DNA from: the human T2T-CHM13v2.0 reference genome, Homo sapiens
NCBI RefSeq assembly: GCF_009914755.1
Contig: NC_060937.1
DNA length: 64,000 nucleotides
Direction: 5' to 3' (one strand)
Shown here: in pieces, positions 16,801-34,069 of the stretch
Position numbering within the stretch: position 1 is the first letter of the stretch
Layout of the letters: every line of letters begins with the position of its first letter
Notes under the pieces: model-generated
Databases searched by the model: none
Told to the model about the DNA's origin: nothing
The model's input: only the letters and a program-made list of their open reading frames with translations
Program-made: the position numbers and the translations under genes

Positions 16801-19800
16801 TGAAATATCAAAGTTCACAAACCATATAATATATACTGTACATAAAATATCAAAGTACCCAAGGTATATATTCTATACTGTACAAAAAATATCAAAGTAC
16901 CCAAAGCATGTATTATATACTGTACATAAAATATGAAAGTACATCAAATATATATTTTATTCTGTACATAAAATATCAAAGTACACCAGATATATATTCT
17001 ATAGTGTACATAAAATAACAAAGTACAAAAACTATAAATTATATACTGTACATAAAATATGAAATTACATCAAATACATATTAGGTACATAAAATATGAA
17101 AGTACATCAAATATAGATTATATACTGTACATAAAATATCAATGTACCCCAAATATATATTTTATACTCTACATGAAATATCAAAGTTCACAAACCATAT
17201 ATTATATACTGTACATAAAATATCAAAGTACCCAAGGTATATATTCTATACTATACAAAAAATATCAAAGTACCCAAAGCATGTATTATATACTGTACCT
17301 AAAATATGAAAGTACATCAAATATATATTTTATTGTGTACATAAAATATCAAAGTACACCAGATATATATTTTATAGTGTACATAAAATATCAAAGTACC
17401 CAAACTATACATTATATACTGTACATAAAATATGAAATTACATCAAATATATTTTATATTAGGTACATAAAATATGAAAGTACATCAAATATAGATTATA
17501 TACTGTACATTAAATACCAAAGTACCCAAAATATATATTTTATACTGTACATGAAATATCAAAGTTCACAAACTATATATTATATACTGTACATGTAATA
17601 TCAAAGTACCCGAGGTATATATTCTATACTGTACCAAAAATAACAAAGTACCAAAAGCATGTATTATATTCTGTACCTAAAATATGAAAGTACATCAAAT
17701 ATATATTTTATTGTGTACATAAAATATCAAAGTACCCCAGATATATATTCTATAGTGTACCTAAAATATCAATGTACCCAAACTATACATTATATACTGT
17801 ACATAAAATATGAAATTACATCAAATATATATTAGGTACATAAAATATGAAAGTACAACAAATATAGATTATATACTGTACATAAAATAACAAAGTACCA
17901 CAAATATATATTATATACTGTACATAAAATATCAAAGTACCCCAAATATATATTACATACTCTACATGAAATATCAAAGTTCACAAACTATATATTATAT
18001 ACTGTACATAAAATATCAAACTACCCAAGGTATATATTCTATACTGTACAAAAAATATCAAAGTACCCAAAGCATGTATTATATACTGTATATAAAATAT
18101 GAAAGTACATCAAATATATATTTTATTCTGTACATAAAATATCAAAGTACACCAGATATATATTCTATAGTGTACATAAAATAACAAAGTACAAAAACTA
18201 TAAATTATATACTGTACATAAAATATGAAATTACATCAAATACATATTAGGTACATAAAATATGAAAGTACATCAAATATAGATTATACACTGTACATAA
18301 AATATCAAAGTACCCCAAATATATATTATATACTCTACATGAAACATCAAAGTTGACAAACTATATATTATATACTGTACATAAAATAAAGTCCCCAAGG
18401 TATATATTCTATACTGTAGAAAAAATATCAAAGTACCCAAAGCATGTATTATATACTGTATATAAAATATGAAATTACATCAAATATATATTTTATTCTG
18501 TACATAATATATCAAAGTACACCAGATATATATTCTATAGTGTACATAAAATAACAAAGTACAAAAACTATAAATTATATACTGTACATAAAATAGGAAA
18601 TTACATCAAATATATATTAGGTACAAAAAATATGAAAGTACATCAAATATAGATTATATACTGTACATAAAATTTCAATGTACCCCAAATATATATTTTA
18701 TTCTCTACATGAAATATCAAAGTTCACAAACCATATATTATATACTGTACATAAAATATCAAAGTACCCAAGGTATATATTCTATACTATACAAAAAATA
18801 TCAAAGTACCCAAAGCATGTATTATATACTGTACCTAAAATATGAAAGTACATCAAATATATATTTTATTCTGTACATAAAATATCAAAGTACACCAGAT
18901 ATATATTCTATAGTGTACATAAAATATCAAAGTACCCAAACTATACATTATATACTGTACATAAAATATGAAATTACATCAAATATATTTTATATTAGGT
19001 ACATAAAATATGAAAGTACATCAAATATAGATTATATACTGTACATTAAATACCAAAGTACCCCAAATATATATTTTATACTGTACATGAAATATCAAAG
19101 TTCACAAACTATATATTATATACTGTACATATAATATCAAAGAACCCAAGGTATATATTCTATACTGTACAAAAAATAACAAAGTACCAAAAGCATGTAT
19201 AATATACTGTACATAAAATATGAAAGTACATCAAATATATATTTTATTCTGTACATAAAATATCAAAGTACACCAGATATATATTCTATAGTGTACATAA
19301 AATATCAAAGTACCCAAACTATACATTATGTACTGTAAATAAAATATGAAATTACATCAAATATATTTTATATTAGGTACATAAAATATGAAAGTACATC
19401 AAATATAGATTATATACTGTACATAAAATATCAAAGTACCCCAAATATATATTATATACTCTACATGAAATATCAAAGTCCACAAACTATATATTATATA
19501 CTGTACATAAATTATCAAAGTACCCAAGGTATATATTCTATACTGTACAAAAAATATCAAAGTACCCAAAGCATGTATTATATACTATACATAAAATATG
19601 AAAGTACATCAAATATATATTTTATTCTGTACATAATATATCAAAGTACACCAGATATATATTCTATAGTGTACATAAAATATCAAAGTACCCAAACTAT
19701 ACATTATATACTGTACATAAAATATGAAATTACATCAAATATATATTAGGTACATAAAATATGAAAGTACATCAAATATAGATTATATACTGTACATAAA

Positions 19801-20050
19801 ATATCAAGGTACCCCAAATATATATTTTATACTCGACATGAAATATCAAAGTTCACAAACCATATAATATATACTGTACATAAAATATCAAAGTACCCAA
19901 GGTATATATTCTATACTGTACAAAAAATATCAAAGTACCCAAAGCATGTATTATATACTGTACATAAAATATGAAAGTACATCAAATATATATTTTATTC
20001 TGTACATAAAATATCAAAGTACACCAGATATATATTCTATAGTGTACATA
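13890..20050. repeat. Near-perfect tandem duplication, period 3038 bp
   Basis: ORF pairs 14021/17059, 14928/17966 and 16427/19465 are all offset by 3038. Shared private words are agtaccccagat, gaaacatcaaagttgac, aagaacccaagg and actcgacatg. Confidence 0.93.
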
Positions 20051-23000
20051 AAATATCAAAGTACCCAAACTATACATTATATACTGTACATAAAATATGA
20101 AATTACATCAAATATATATTATATTAGGTTCATAAAATATGAAAGTACATCAAATATAGATTATATACTGTACATAAAATATCAAAGTACCCCAAATATA
20201 TATTATATACTCTACATGAAATAACAAAGTTCACAAACTATATATTATATACTGCACATAAAATATCAAAGTACCCAAGGTATATATTCTATAATGTACA
20301 AAAAATATCAAAGTACCCAAAGCGTGTATTATATACTGTATATAAAATATGAAATTACATCAAATATATATTTTATTCTGTACATAAAATATCAAAGTAC
20401 ACCAGATATATATTCTATAGTGTACATAAAATATCAAAGTACCCAAACTATACATTATATACTGTACATAAAATATGAAATTACATCAAATATATATTAT
20501 ATTAGGTACATAAAATATGAAAGTACATCAAATATAGATTATATACTGTACATTAAATACCAAAGTACCCCAAATATATATTTTATACTGTACATGAAAT
20601 ATCAAAGTTCACAAACTATATATTATATACTGTACATATAATATCAAAGTACCCAAGGTATATATTCTATACTGTACAAAAAATATCAAAGTACCCAAAG
20701 CATGTATTATATACAGTACATAAAATATGAAAGTACATCAAATATATATTTTATTCTGTACATAAAATATCAAAGTACACCAGATATATATTCTATAGTG
20801 TACATAAAATAACAAAGTACACAAACTATAAATTATATACTGTACATAAAATATGAAATTACATCAAGTATATATTAGGTACATAAAATATGAAAGTACA
20901 TCAAATATAGATTATATACTGTACATAAAATATCAATGTACCCCAAACATATATTTTATACTCTACATGAAATACCAAAGTTCACAAACCATATATTATA
21001 TACTGTACATAAAATATCAAAGTACCCAAGGTATATATTCTATACTGTACAAAAAATATCAAAGTACCCAAAGCATGTATTATATACTGTACATAAAATA
21101 TGAAAGTACATCAAATATCTATTTTATTCTGTACATAAAATATCAAAGTACACCAGATATATATTCTATAGTGTACAAAAAATATCAAAGTACCCAAACT
21201 ATACATTATATACTGTACATAAAATATGAAATTACATCAAATATATATTATATTAGGTACATAAAATATGAAAGTACATCAAATATAGATTATACACTGT
21301 ACATAAAATATCAAAGTACCCCAAATATATATTATATACTCTACATGAAATATCAAAGTTCACAAACTATATATTATATACTGTACATAAAATAAATTCC
21401 CCAAGGTATATATTCTATACTGTAGAAAAAATATCAAAGTACCCAAAGCATATATTATATACTGTATATAAAATATGAAAGTACATCAAATATATATTTT
21501 ATTCTGTACATAATATATCAAAGTACACCAGATATATATTCTATAGTGTACATAAAATAACAAAGTACAAAAACTATAAATTATATACTGTACATAAAAT
21601 ATGAAATTACATCAAATATATATTAGGTACATAAAATATGAAAGTACATCAAATATAGATTATATACTGTACATAAAATTTCAATGTACCCAAATATATA
21701 TTTTATACTCTACATGAAATATCAAAGTTCACAAACCATATATTGTATACTGTACATAAAATATCAAAGTACCCAAGGTTTATGTTCTATACTGTACAAA
21801 AAATATCAAAGTACCCAAAGCATGTATTATATACTGTACATAAAATATGAAAGTACATCAAGTATATATTTTATTCCGTACATAAAATATCAAGGTACAC
21901 CAGATATATATTCTATAGTGTACATAAAATATCAAAGTACACAAACTATACATTATATACTGTACATAAAATATGAAATTACATCAAATATATATTATAT
22001 AAGGTACATAAAATATGAAAGTACATCAAATATAGATTATATACTGTACATTAAATACCAAAGAACCCCAAATATATATTATATACTCTACATGAAATAT
22101 CAAAGTTCACAAACTATATATTATATACTGTACATAAAATATCAAAGTACCCAAGGTATATATTCTGTAATGTACAAAAAATATCAAAGTACCCAAAAGC
22201 GTGTATTATATACTGTATATAAAATATGAAATTACATCAAATATATATTTTATTCTGTACATAAAATATCAAAGTACACCAGATATATATTCTATAGTGT
22301 ACATAAAATATCAAAGTACCCAAACTATACATTATATACTGTACATAAAATATGAAATTACATCAAATATATATTATATTAGGTACATAAAATATGAAAG
22401 TACATCAAATATAGATTATATACTGTACATTAAATACCAAAGTACCCCAAATATATATTTTATACTGTACATGAAATATCAAAGTTCACAAACTATATAT
22501 TATATACTGTACATAAAATATCAAAGTACCCAAGGTATATGATCTATACTGTACAAAAAATATCAAAGTACCCAAAGCATGTATTATATACTATACCTAA
22601 AATATGAAAGTACATCAAATATATATTTTATTCTGTACATAAAATATCAAAGTACACCAGATATATATTCTATAGTGTACATAAAATATCAAAGTACTCA
22701 AACTATACATTATATACTGTACATAAAATATGAAATTACATCAAATATATATTATATTAGGGACATAAAATATGAAAGTACATCAAATATAGATTATACA
22801 CTGTACATAAAATATCAAAGTACCCCAAATATATATTTTATACTCTACATGAAATACCAAAGTTCACAAACCATATATTATATACTGTACATAAAATATC
22901 AAACTACCCAAGGTATATATTCTATACTGTACAAAAAATATCAAAGTACCCAAAGCATGTATTATATACTGTACATAAAATATGAAAGTAGATCAAATAT

Positions 23001-26000
23001 ATATTTTATTCTGTACATAAAATATCAAAGTACACCAGATATATATTCTATAGTGTACATAAAATATCAAAGTACCCAAACTATACATTATATACTGTAC
23101 ATAAAATATGAAATTACATCAAATATATATTATATTAGGTACATAAAATATGAAAGTACATCAAATATAGATTATACACTGTACATAAAATATCAAAGTA
23201 CCCCAAATATATAATATATACTCTACATGAAACATCAAAGTTCACAAACTATATATTATATACTGTACATAAAATAAAGTCCCCAAGGTATATATTCTAT
23301 ACTGTAGAAAAAATATCAAAGTACCCAAAGCATGTATTATATACTGTATATAAAATATGAAATTACATCAAATATATATTTTATTCTGTACATAATATAT
23401 CAAAGTACACCAGATATATATTCTATAGTGTACATAAAATAACAAAGTACAAAAACTATAAATTATATACTGTACATAAAATATGAAATTACATCAAATA
23501 TATATTAGGTACAAAAAATATGAAAGTACATCAAATATAGATTATATACTGTACATAAAATTTCAATGTACCCCAAATATATATTTTATTCTCTACATGA
23601 AATATCAAAGTTCACAAACCATATATTATATACTGTACATAAAATATCAAAGTACCCAAGGTATATATTCTATACTATACAAAAAATATCAAAGTACCCA
23701 AAGCATGTATTATATACTGTACCTAAAATATGAATGTACATCAAATATATATTTTATTCTGTACATAAAATATCAAAGTACACCAGATATATATTCTATA
23801 GTGTACATAAAATATCAAAGTACCCAAACTATACATTATGTACTGTAAATAAAATATGAAATTACATCAAATATATTTTATATTAGGTACATAAAATATG
23901 AAAGTACATCAAATATAGATTATATACTGTACATAAAATATCAAAGTACCCCAAATATATATTATATACTCTACATGAAATATCAAAGTTCACAAACTAT
24001 ATATTATATACTGTACATAAATTATCAAAGTACCCAAGGTATATATTCTATACTGTACAAAAAATATCAAAGTACCCAAAGCATGTATTATATACTATAC
24101 ATAAAATATGAAAGTACATCAAATATATATTTTATTCTGTACATAATATATCAAAGTACACCAGATATATATTCTATAGTGTACATAAAATATCAAAGTA
24201 CCCAAACTATACATTATATACTGTACATAAAATATGAAATTACATCAAATATATATTAGGTACATAAAATATGAAAGTACATCAAATATAGATTATATAC
24301 TGTACATAAAATATCAAGGTACCCCAAATATATATTTTATACTCGACATGAAATATCAAAGTTCACAAACCATATAATATATACTGTACATAAAATATCA
24401 AAGTACCCAAGGTGTATATTCTATACTGTACAAAAAATATCAAAGTACCCAAAGCATGTATTATATACTGTACATAAAATATGAAAGTACATCAAATATA
24501 TATTTTATTCTGTACATAAAATATCAAAGTACACCAGATATATATTCTATAGTGTACATAAAATATCAAAGTACCCAAACTATACATTATATACTGTACA
24601 TAAAATATGAAATTACATCAAATATATATTATATTAGGTTCATAAAATATGAAAGTACATCAAATATAGATTATATACTGTACATAAAATATCAAAGTAC
24701 CCCAAATATATATTATATACTCTACATGAAATAACAAAGTTCACAAACTATATATTATATACTGTACATAAAATATCAAAGTACCCAAGGTATATATTCT
24801 ATAATGTACAAAAAATATCAAAGTACCCAAAGCGTGTATTATATACTGTATATAAAATATGAAATTACATCAAATATATATTTTATTCTGTACATAAAAT
24901 ATAAAAGTACACCAGATATATATTCTATAGTGTACATAAAATATCAAAGTACCCAAACTATACATTATATACTGTACATAAAATATGAAATTACATCAAA
25001 TATATATTATATTAGGTACATAAAATATGAAAGTACATCAAATATAGATTATATACTGTACATTAAATACCAAAGTACCCCAAATATATATTTTATACTG
25101 TACATGAAATATCAAAGTTCACAAACTTTATATTATATACTGTACATATAATATCAAAGTACCCAAGGTATATATTCTATACTGTACAAAAAATATCAAA
25201 GTACCCAAAGCATGTATTATATACAGTACATAAAATATGAAAGTACATCAAATATATATTTTATTCTGTACATAAAATATCAAAGTACACCAGATATATA
25301 TTCTATAGTGTACATAAAATAACAAAGTACACAAACTATAAATTATATACTGTACATAAAATATGAAATTACATCAAGTATATATTAGGTACATAAAATA
25401 TGAAAGTACATCAAATATAGATTATATACTGTACATAAAATATCAATGTACCCCAAATATATATTTTATACTCTACATGAAATACCAAAGTTCACAAACC
25501 ATATATTATATACTGTACATAAAATATCAAAGTACCCAAGGTATATATTCTATACTGTACAAAAAATATCAAAGTACCCAAAGCATGTATTATATACTGT
25601 ACATAAAATATGAAAGTACATCAAATATATATTTTATTCTGTACATAAAATATCAAAGTACACCAGATATATATTCTATAGTGTACATAAAATATCAAAG
25701 TACCCAAACTATACATTATATACTGTACATAAAATATGAAATTACATCAAATATATATTATATTAGGTACATAAAATATGAAAGTACATCAAATATAGAT
25801 TATATACTGTACATAAAATATCAAAGTACCCCAAATATATATTATATACTCTACATGAAATATCAAAGTTCACAAACTATATATTATATACTGTACATAA
25901 AATATCAAAGTACCCAAGGTATATATTCTATAATGTATAAAAAATATCAAAGTACCCAAAGCGTGTATTATATACTGTATATAAAATATGAAATTACATC

Positions 26001-29000
26001 AAATATATATTTTATTCTGTACATAAAATATCAGAGTACACCAGATATATATTCTATAGTGTACATAAAATATCAAAGTACCCAAACTATACATTATATA
26101 CTGTACATAAAATATGAAATTACATCAAATATATATTATATTAGGTACATAAAATATGAAAGTACATCAAATATAGATTATATACTGTACATTAAATACC
26201 AAAGTACCCCAAATATATATTTTATACTGTACATGAAATATCAAAGTTCACAAACTCTATATTATATACTGTACATAAAATATCAAAGTACCTAAGGTAT
26301 ATATTCTATACTGTACAAAAAATATCAAAGTACCCAAAGCATGAATTATATACTGTACCTAAAATATGAAAGTACATCAAATATATATTTTATTCTGTAC
26401 ATAAAATATCAAAGTACACCAGATATATATTCTATAGTGTACATAAAATATCAAAGTACCCAAACTATACATTATATACTGTACATATAATATGAAATTA
26501 CATCAAATATATATTATATTAGGTACATAAAATATGAAAGTACATCAAATATAGATTATACACTGTACATAAAATATCAAAGTACCCCAAATATATATTA
26601 TATACTCTACATGAAATATCAAAGTTCACAAACTATATATTATATACTGTACATAAAATAAAGTCCCCAAGGTATATATTCTATACTGTAGAAAAAATAT
26701 CAAAGTACCCAAAGCATGTATTATATACTGTATATAAAATATGAAAGTACATCAAATATATATTTTATTCTGTACATAATATATCATAGTACACCAGATA
26801 TATATTCTATAGTGTACATAAAATAACAAAGTACAAAAACTATAAATTATATACTGTACATAAAATATGAAATTACATCAAATATATATTAGGTACATAA
26901 AATATGAAAGTACATCAAATATAGATTATATACTGTACATAAAATTTCAATGTACCCCAAATATATATTTTATACTCTACATGAAATATCAAAGTTCACA
27001 AACCATATATTATATACTGTACATAAAATATCAAAGTACCCAAGGTATATATTCTATACTATACAAAAAATATCAAAGTACCCAAAGCATGTATTATATA
27101 CTGTACCTAAAATATGAAAGTACATCAAATATATATTTTATTCTGTACATAAAATATCAAAGTACACCAGATATATATTCTATAGTGTACATAAAATATC
27201 AAAGTACCCAAACTATACATTATATACTGTACATAAAATATGAAATTACATCAAATATATTTTATATTAGGTACATAAAATATGAAAGTACATCAAATAT
27301 AGATTATATACTGTACATTAAATACCAAAGTATCCCAAATATATATTTTATACTGTACATGAAATATCAAAGTTCACAAACTATATATTATATACTGTAC
27401 ATATAGTATCAAAGGTACCCAAGGTATATATTCTATACTGTACAAAAAATAACAAAGTACCAAAAGCATGTATAATATACTGTACATAAAATATGAAAGT
27501 ACATCAAATATATATTTTATTCTGTACATAAAATATCAAAGTACACCAGATATATATTCTATAGTGTACATAAAATATCAAAGTACCCAAACTATACATT
27601 ATATACTGTATATAAAATATGAAATTACATCAAATATATTTTATATTAGGTACATAAAATATGAAAGTACATCAAATATAGATTATATACTGTACATTAA
27701 ATACCAAAGTACCCCAAATATATATTTTATACTCTACATGAAATATCAAAGTTCACACACTATATATTATATACTTTACATAAGTTATCAAAGTACCCAA
27801 GGTATATATTCTATACTGTAGAAAAAATATCAAAGTACCCAAAGCATGTATTATATACTGTACATAAAATATGAAACTACATCAAGTATATATTTTATTC
27901 TGTACATAATATATCAAAGTACACCAGATATATATTCTATAGTGTACATAAAATAACAAAGTACACAAACTATACATTATATACTGTACATAAAATATGA
28001 AATTACATCAAATATATATTAGGTACATAAAATATGAAAGTACATCAAATATAGATTATATACTGTACATAAAATATCAATGTACCCCAAATATATATTT
28101 TATACTATACATCAAATATCAAAGTTCACAAACCATATATTGTATACTGTACATAAAATATCAAAGTACCCAAGGTATATGTTCTATACTGTACAAAAAA
28201 TATCAAAGTACCCAAAGCATGTATTATATACTGTACATAAAATATGAAAGTACATCAAATATATATTTTATTCCGTACATAAGATATCAAAGTACACCAG
28301 ATATATATTCTATAGTGTACATAAAATATCAAAGTACACAAACTATACATTATATACTGTACATAAAATATGAAATTACATCAAATATATATTATATAAG
28401 GTACATAAAATATGAAAGTACATCAAATATAGATTATATACTGTACATTAAATACCAAAGAATCCCAAATATATATTATATACTCTACATGAAATATCAA
28501 AGTTCACAAACTATATATTATATACTGTACATAAAATATCAAAGTACCCAAGGTATATATTCTATACTGTACAAAAAATATCAAAGTACCCAAAGCATGT
28601 ATTATATACTGTATATAAAATATGAAAGTACATCAAATATATATTTTATTCTGTACATAAAATATCAAAGTACACCAGATATATATTCTATAGTGTACTC
28701 AAAATAACAAAGTACAAAAACTATAAATTATATACTGTACATAAAATATGAAATTACATCAAATATATATTAGGTACATAAATTATGAAAGTACATCAAA
28801 TATAGATTATATACTGTACATAAAATATCAATGTACCCCAAATATATATTTTATACTCTACATGAAATACCAAAGTTCACAAACCATATATTATATACTG
28901 TACATAAAATATCAAAGTACCCAAGGTATATATTCTATACTGTAGAAAAAATATCAAAGTACCCAAAGCATGTATTATATAGTGTACCTAAAATATGAAA

Positions 29001-32000
29001 GTACATCAAATATATATTTTATTCTGTACATAAAATATCAAAGTACACCAGATATATATCCTATAGTGTACATAAAATATCAAAGTACCCAAACTATACA
29101 TTATATACTGTACATAAAATATGAAATTACATCAAATATATATTATATTAGGTACATAAAATATGAAAGTACATCAAATATAGATTATACACTGTACATA
29201 AAATATCAAAGTACCCCAGATATATATTATATACTCTACATGAAATATCAAAGTTCACAAACTATATATTATATACTGTACATAAAATAAATTCCCCAAG
29301 GTATATATTCTATACTGTAGAAAAAATATCAAAGTACCCAAAGCATGTATTATATACTGTATATAAAATATGAAAGTACATCAAATAGATATTTTATTCT
29401 GTACATAATATATCAAAGTACACCAGATATATATTCTATAGTGTACATAAAATAACAAAGTACAAAAACTATATATTATATACTGTACATAAAATATGAA
29501 ATTACATCAAATATATATTAGGTACATAAAATATGAAAGTACATCAAATATAGATTATATACTGTACATAAAATTTCAATGTACCCCAAATATATATTTT
29601 ATACTCTACATGAAATATCAAAGTTCACAAACCATATATTCTATACTGTACATAAAATATCAAAGTACCCAAGGTATGTATTCTATACTATACAAAAAAT
29701 ATCAAAGTACCCAAAGCATGTATTATATACTGTACCTAAAATATGAAAGTACATCGAATATGTATTTTATTCTGTACATAAAATATCAAAGTACACCAGA
29801 TATATATTCTATAGTGTACATAAAATATCAAAGTACCCAAACTATACATTATATACTGTACATAAAATATGAAATTACATCAAATATATTTTATATTAGG
29901 TACATAAAATATGAAAGCACATCAAATATAGATTATATACTGTACATAAAATACCAAAGTAACCCAAATATATATTTTATACTGTACATGAAATATCAAA
30001 GTTCACAAACTATATATTATATACTGTACATATAATATCAAAGTACCCAAGGTATATATTCTATACTGTACAAAAAATAACAAAGTACCAAAAGCATGTA
30101 TAATATACTGTACATAAAATATGAAAGTACATCAAATATATATTTTATTCTGTACATAAAATATCAAAGTACACCAGATATATATTCTACAGTGTAGATA
30201 AAATATCAAAGTACCCAAACTATACATTATATACTGTAAATAAAATATGAAATTACATCAAATATATTTTATATTAGGTACATAAAATATGAAAGTACAT
30301 CAAATATAGATTATATACTGTACATTAAATACCAAAGTACCCCAAATATATATTTTATACTGTACATGAAATATCAAAGTTCACAAACTATATATTATAT
30401 ACTTTACATAAATTATCAAAGTACCCAAGGTATATATTCTATACTGTACAAAAAATATCAAAGTACCCAAAGCATGTATTATATACTGTACATAAAATAT
30501 GAAAGTACATCAAATATATATTTTATTCTGTACATAATATATCAAAGTACACCAGATATATATTCTATAGTGTACATAAAATAACAAAGTACACAAACTA
30601 TACATTATATACTGTACATAAAATATGAAATTACATCAAATATATATTAGGTACATAAAATATGAAAGTACATCAAATATAGATTATATACTGTACATAA
30701 AATATCAATTTACCCCAAATATATATTTTATACTATACATGAAATATCAAAGTTCACAAACCATATATTGTATACTGTACATAAAATATCAAAGTACCCA
30801 AGGTATATGTTCTATACTGTACAAAAAATATCAAAGTACCCAAAGCATGTATTATATACTGTACATAAAATATGAAAGTACATCAAATATATATTTTATT
30901 CCGTACATAAAATATCAAAGTACACCAGATATATATTCTATAGTGTACATAAAATATCAAAGTACACAAACTATACATTATATACTGTACATAAAATATG
31001 AAATTACATCAAATATATATTATATAAGGTACATAAAATATGAAAGTACATCAAATATAGATTATATACTGTACATTAAATACCAAAGAACCCCAAATAT
31101 ATATTATATACTCTACATGAAATATCAAAGTTCACAAACTATATATTATATACTGTACATAAAATATCAAAGTACCCAAGGTATATATTCTATACTGTAC
31201 AAAAAATATCAAAGTACCCAAAGCATGTATTATATACTGTATATAAAATATGAAAGTACATCAAATATATATTTTATTCTGTACATAAAATATCAAAGTA
31301 CACCAGATATATATTCTATAGGTTACATAAAATAACAAAGTACACAAACTATAAATTATATACTGTACATAAAATATGAAATTACATCAAATATATATTA
31401 GGTACATAAAATATGAAAGTACATCAAATATAGATTATATACTGTACATAAAATATCAATGTACCCCAAATATATATTTTAAACTCGACGTGAAATATCA
31501 AAGTTCACAAACCATATAATATATACTGTACATAAAATATCAAAGTACCCAAGGTGTATATTCTATACTGTACAAAAAATATCAAAGTACCCAAAGCATG
31601 TATTATATACTGTACATAAAATATGAAAGTACATCAAATATATATTTTATTCTGTACATAAAATATCAAAGTACACCAGATAAATATTCTATAGTGTACA
31701 TAAAATATCAAAGTACCCAAACTATACATTATATACTGTACATAAAATATGAAATTACATCAAATATATATTATATTAGGTACATAAAATATGAAAGTAC
31801 ATCAAATATAGATTATATACTGTACATTAAATACCAAAGTACCCCAAATATATATTTTATACTGTACATGAAATATCAAAGTTCACAAACTATATATTAT
31901 ATACTGTACATATAATATCAAAGTACCCAAGGTATATATTCTATACTGTACAAAAAATATCAAAGTACCCAAAGCATGTATTATATACAGTACATAAAAT

Positions 32001-34069
32001 ATGAAAGTACATCATATATATATTTTATTCTGTACATAAAATATCAAAGTACACCAGATATATATTCTATAGTGTACATAAAATAACAAAGTACACAAAC
32101 TATAAATTATATACTGTACATAAAATATGAAATTACATCAAATATATATTAGGTACATAAAATATGAAAGTACATCAAATATAGATTATATACTGTACAT
32201 AAAATATCAATGTACCCCAAATATATATTTTATACTCTACATGAAATACCAAAGTTCACAAACCATATATTATATACTGTACATAAAATATCAAAGTACC
32301 CAAGGTATATACTCTATACTATACAAAAAATATCAAAGTACCCAAAGCATGTATTATATACTGTACCTAAAATATGAAAGTACATCAAATATATATTTTA
32401 TTCTGTACATAAAATATCAAAGTACACCAGATATATATTCTATAGTGTACATAAAATATAAAAGTACCCAAAATATACATTATATACAGTACATAAAATA
32501 TGAAATTACATCAAATATATTTTATATTAGGTACATAAAATATGAAAGTACATCAAATATAGATTATATACTGTACATTAAATACCAAAGTACCCCAAAT
32601 ATATATTTTATACTGTACATGAAATATCAAAGTTCACAAACTATATATTATATACTGTACATATAATATCAAAGTACCCAAGGTATATATTCTATACTGT
32701 ACAAAAAATATCAAAGTACCCAAAGCATGTATAATATACTGTACATAAAATATGAAAGTACATCAAATATATATTTTATTCTGTACATAAAATATCAAAG
32801 TACACCAGATATATATTCTATAGTGTACATAAAATATCAAAGTACCCAAACTATACATTATATACTGTACATAAAATATGAAATTACATCAAATATATAT
32901 TATATTAGGTACATAAACTATGAAAGTACATCAAATATAGATTATACACTGTACATAAAATATCAAAGTACCCCAAATATATATTATATACTCTACATGA
33001 AATATCAAAGTTCACAAACTATATATTATATACTGTACATAAAATAAAGTCCCCAAGGTATATATTCTATACTGTAGAAAAAATATCAAAGTACCCAAAG
33101 CATGTATTATATACTGTATATAAAATATGAAAGTACATCAAATATATATTTTATTCTGTACATAATATATCAAAGTACACCAGATATATATTCTATAGTG
33201 TACATAAAATAACAAAGTACACAAACTATAAATTATATACTGTACATAAAATATGAAATTACATCAAATACATATTAGGTACATAAAATATGAAAGTACA
33301 TCAAATATAGATTATATACTGTACATAAAATATCAATGTACCCCAAATATATATTTTATACTCTACATGAAATATCAAAGTTCAGAAACCATATATTGTA
33401 TACTGCACATAAAATATCAAAATACCGAAGGTATATATTCTATACTGTACAAAAAATATCAAAGTACCCAAAGCAGGTATTATATACTGTACATAAAATA
33501 GGAAAGTACATCAAATATATATTTTATTCTGTACATAAAATATCAAAGTACACCAGATATATATTCTATAGCGTACATAAAATATCAAAGTACACAAACT
33601 ATACATTATATACTGTACATAAAATATGAAATTACATCAAATATATATTATATTACGTACATAAAATATGAAAGTACATCAAATATAGATTATATACTGT
33701 ACATTAAATACCAAAGTACCCCAAATATATATTTTATACTGTACATGAAATTTCAAAGTTCACAAACTATATATTATATACTGTACAAAAAATATCAAAG
33801 TACCCATGGTATATATTCTATACTATACAAAAAATATCAAAGTACCCAAAGCATGTATTATATACTGTACATAAAATATGAAAGTACATCAAATATATAT
33901 TTTATTCTGTACATAAAATATCAAAGTACACCAGATATATATTCTATAGTGTACATAAAATATCAAAGTACACAAACTATACATTATATACTGTACATAA
34001 AATATGAAATTACATCAAATATATATTAGGTACATAAAATATGAAAGTACATCAAATATAGATTATATA

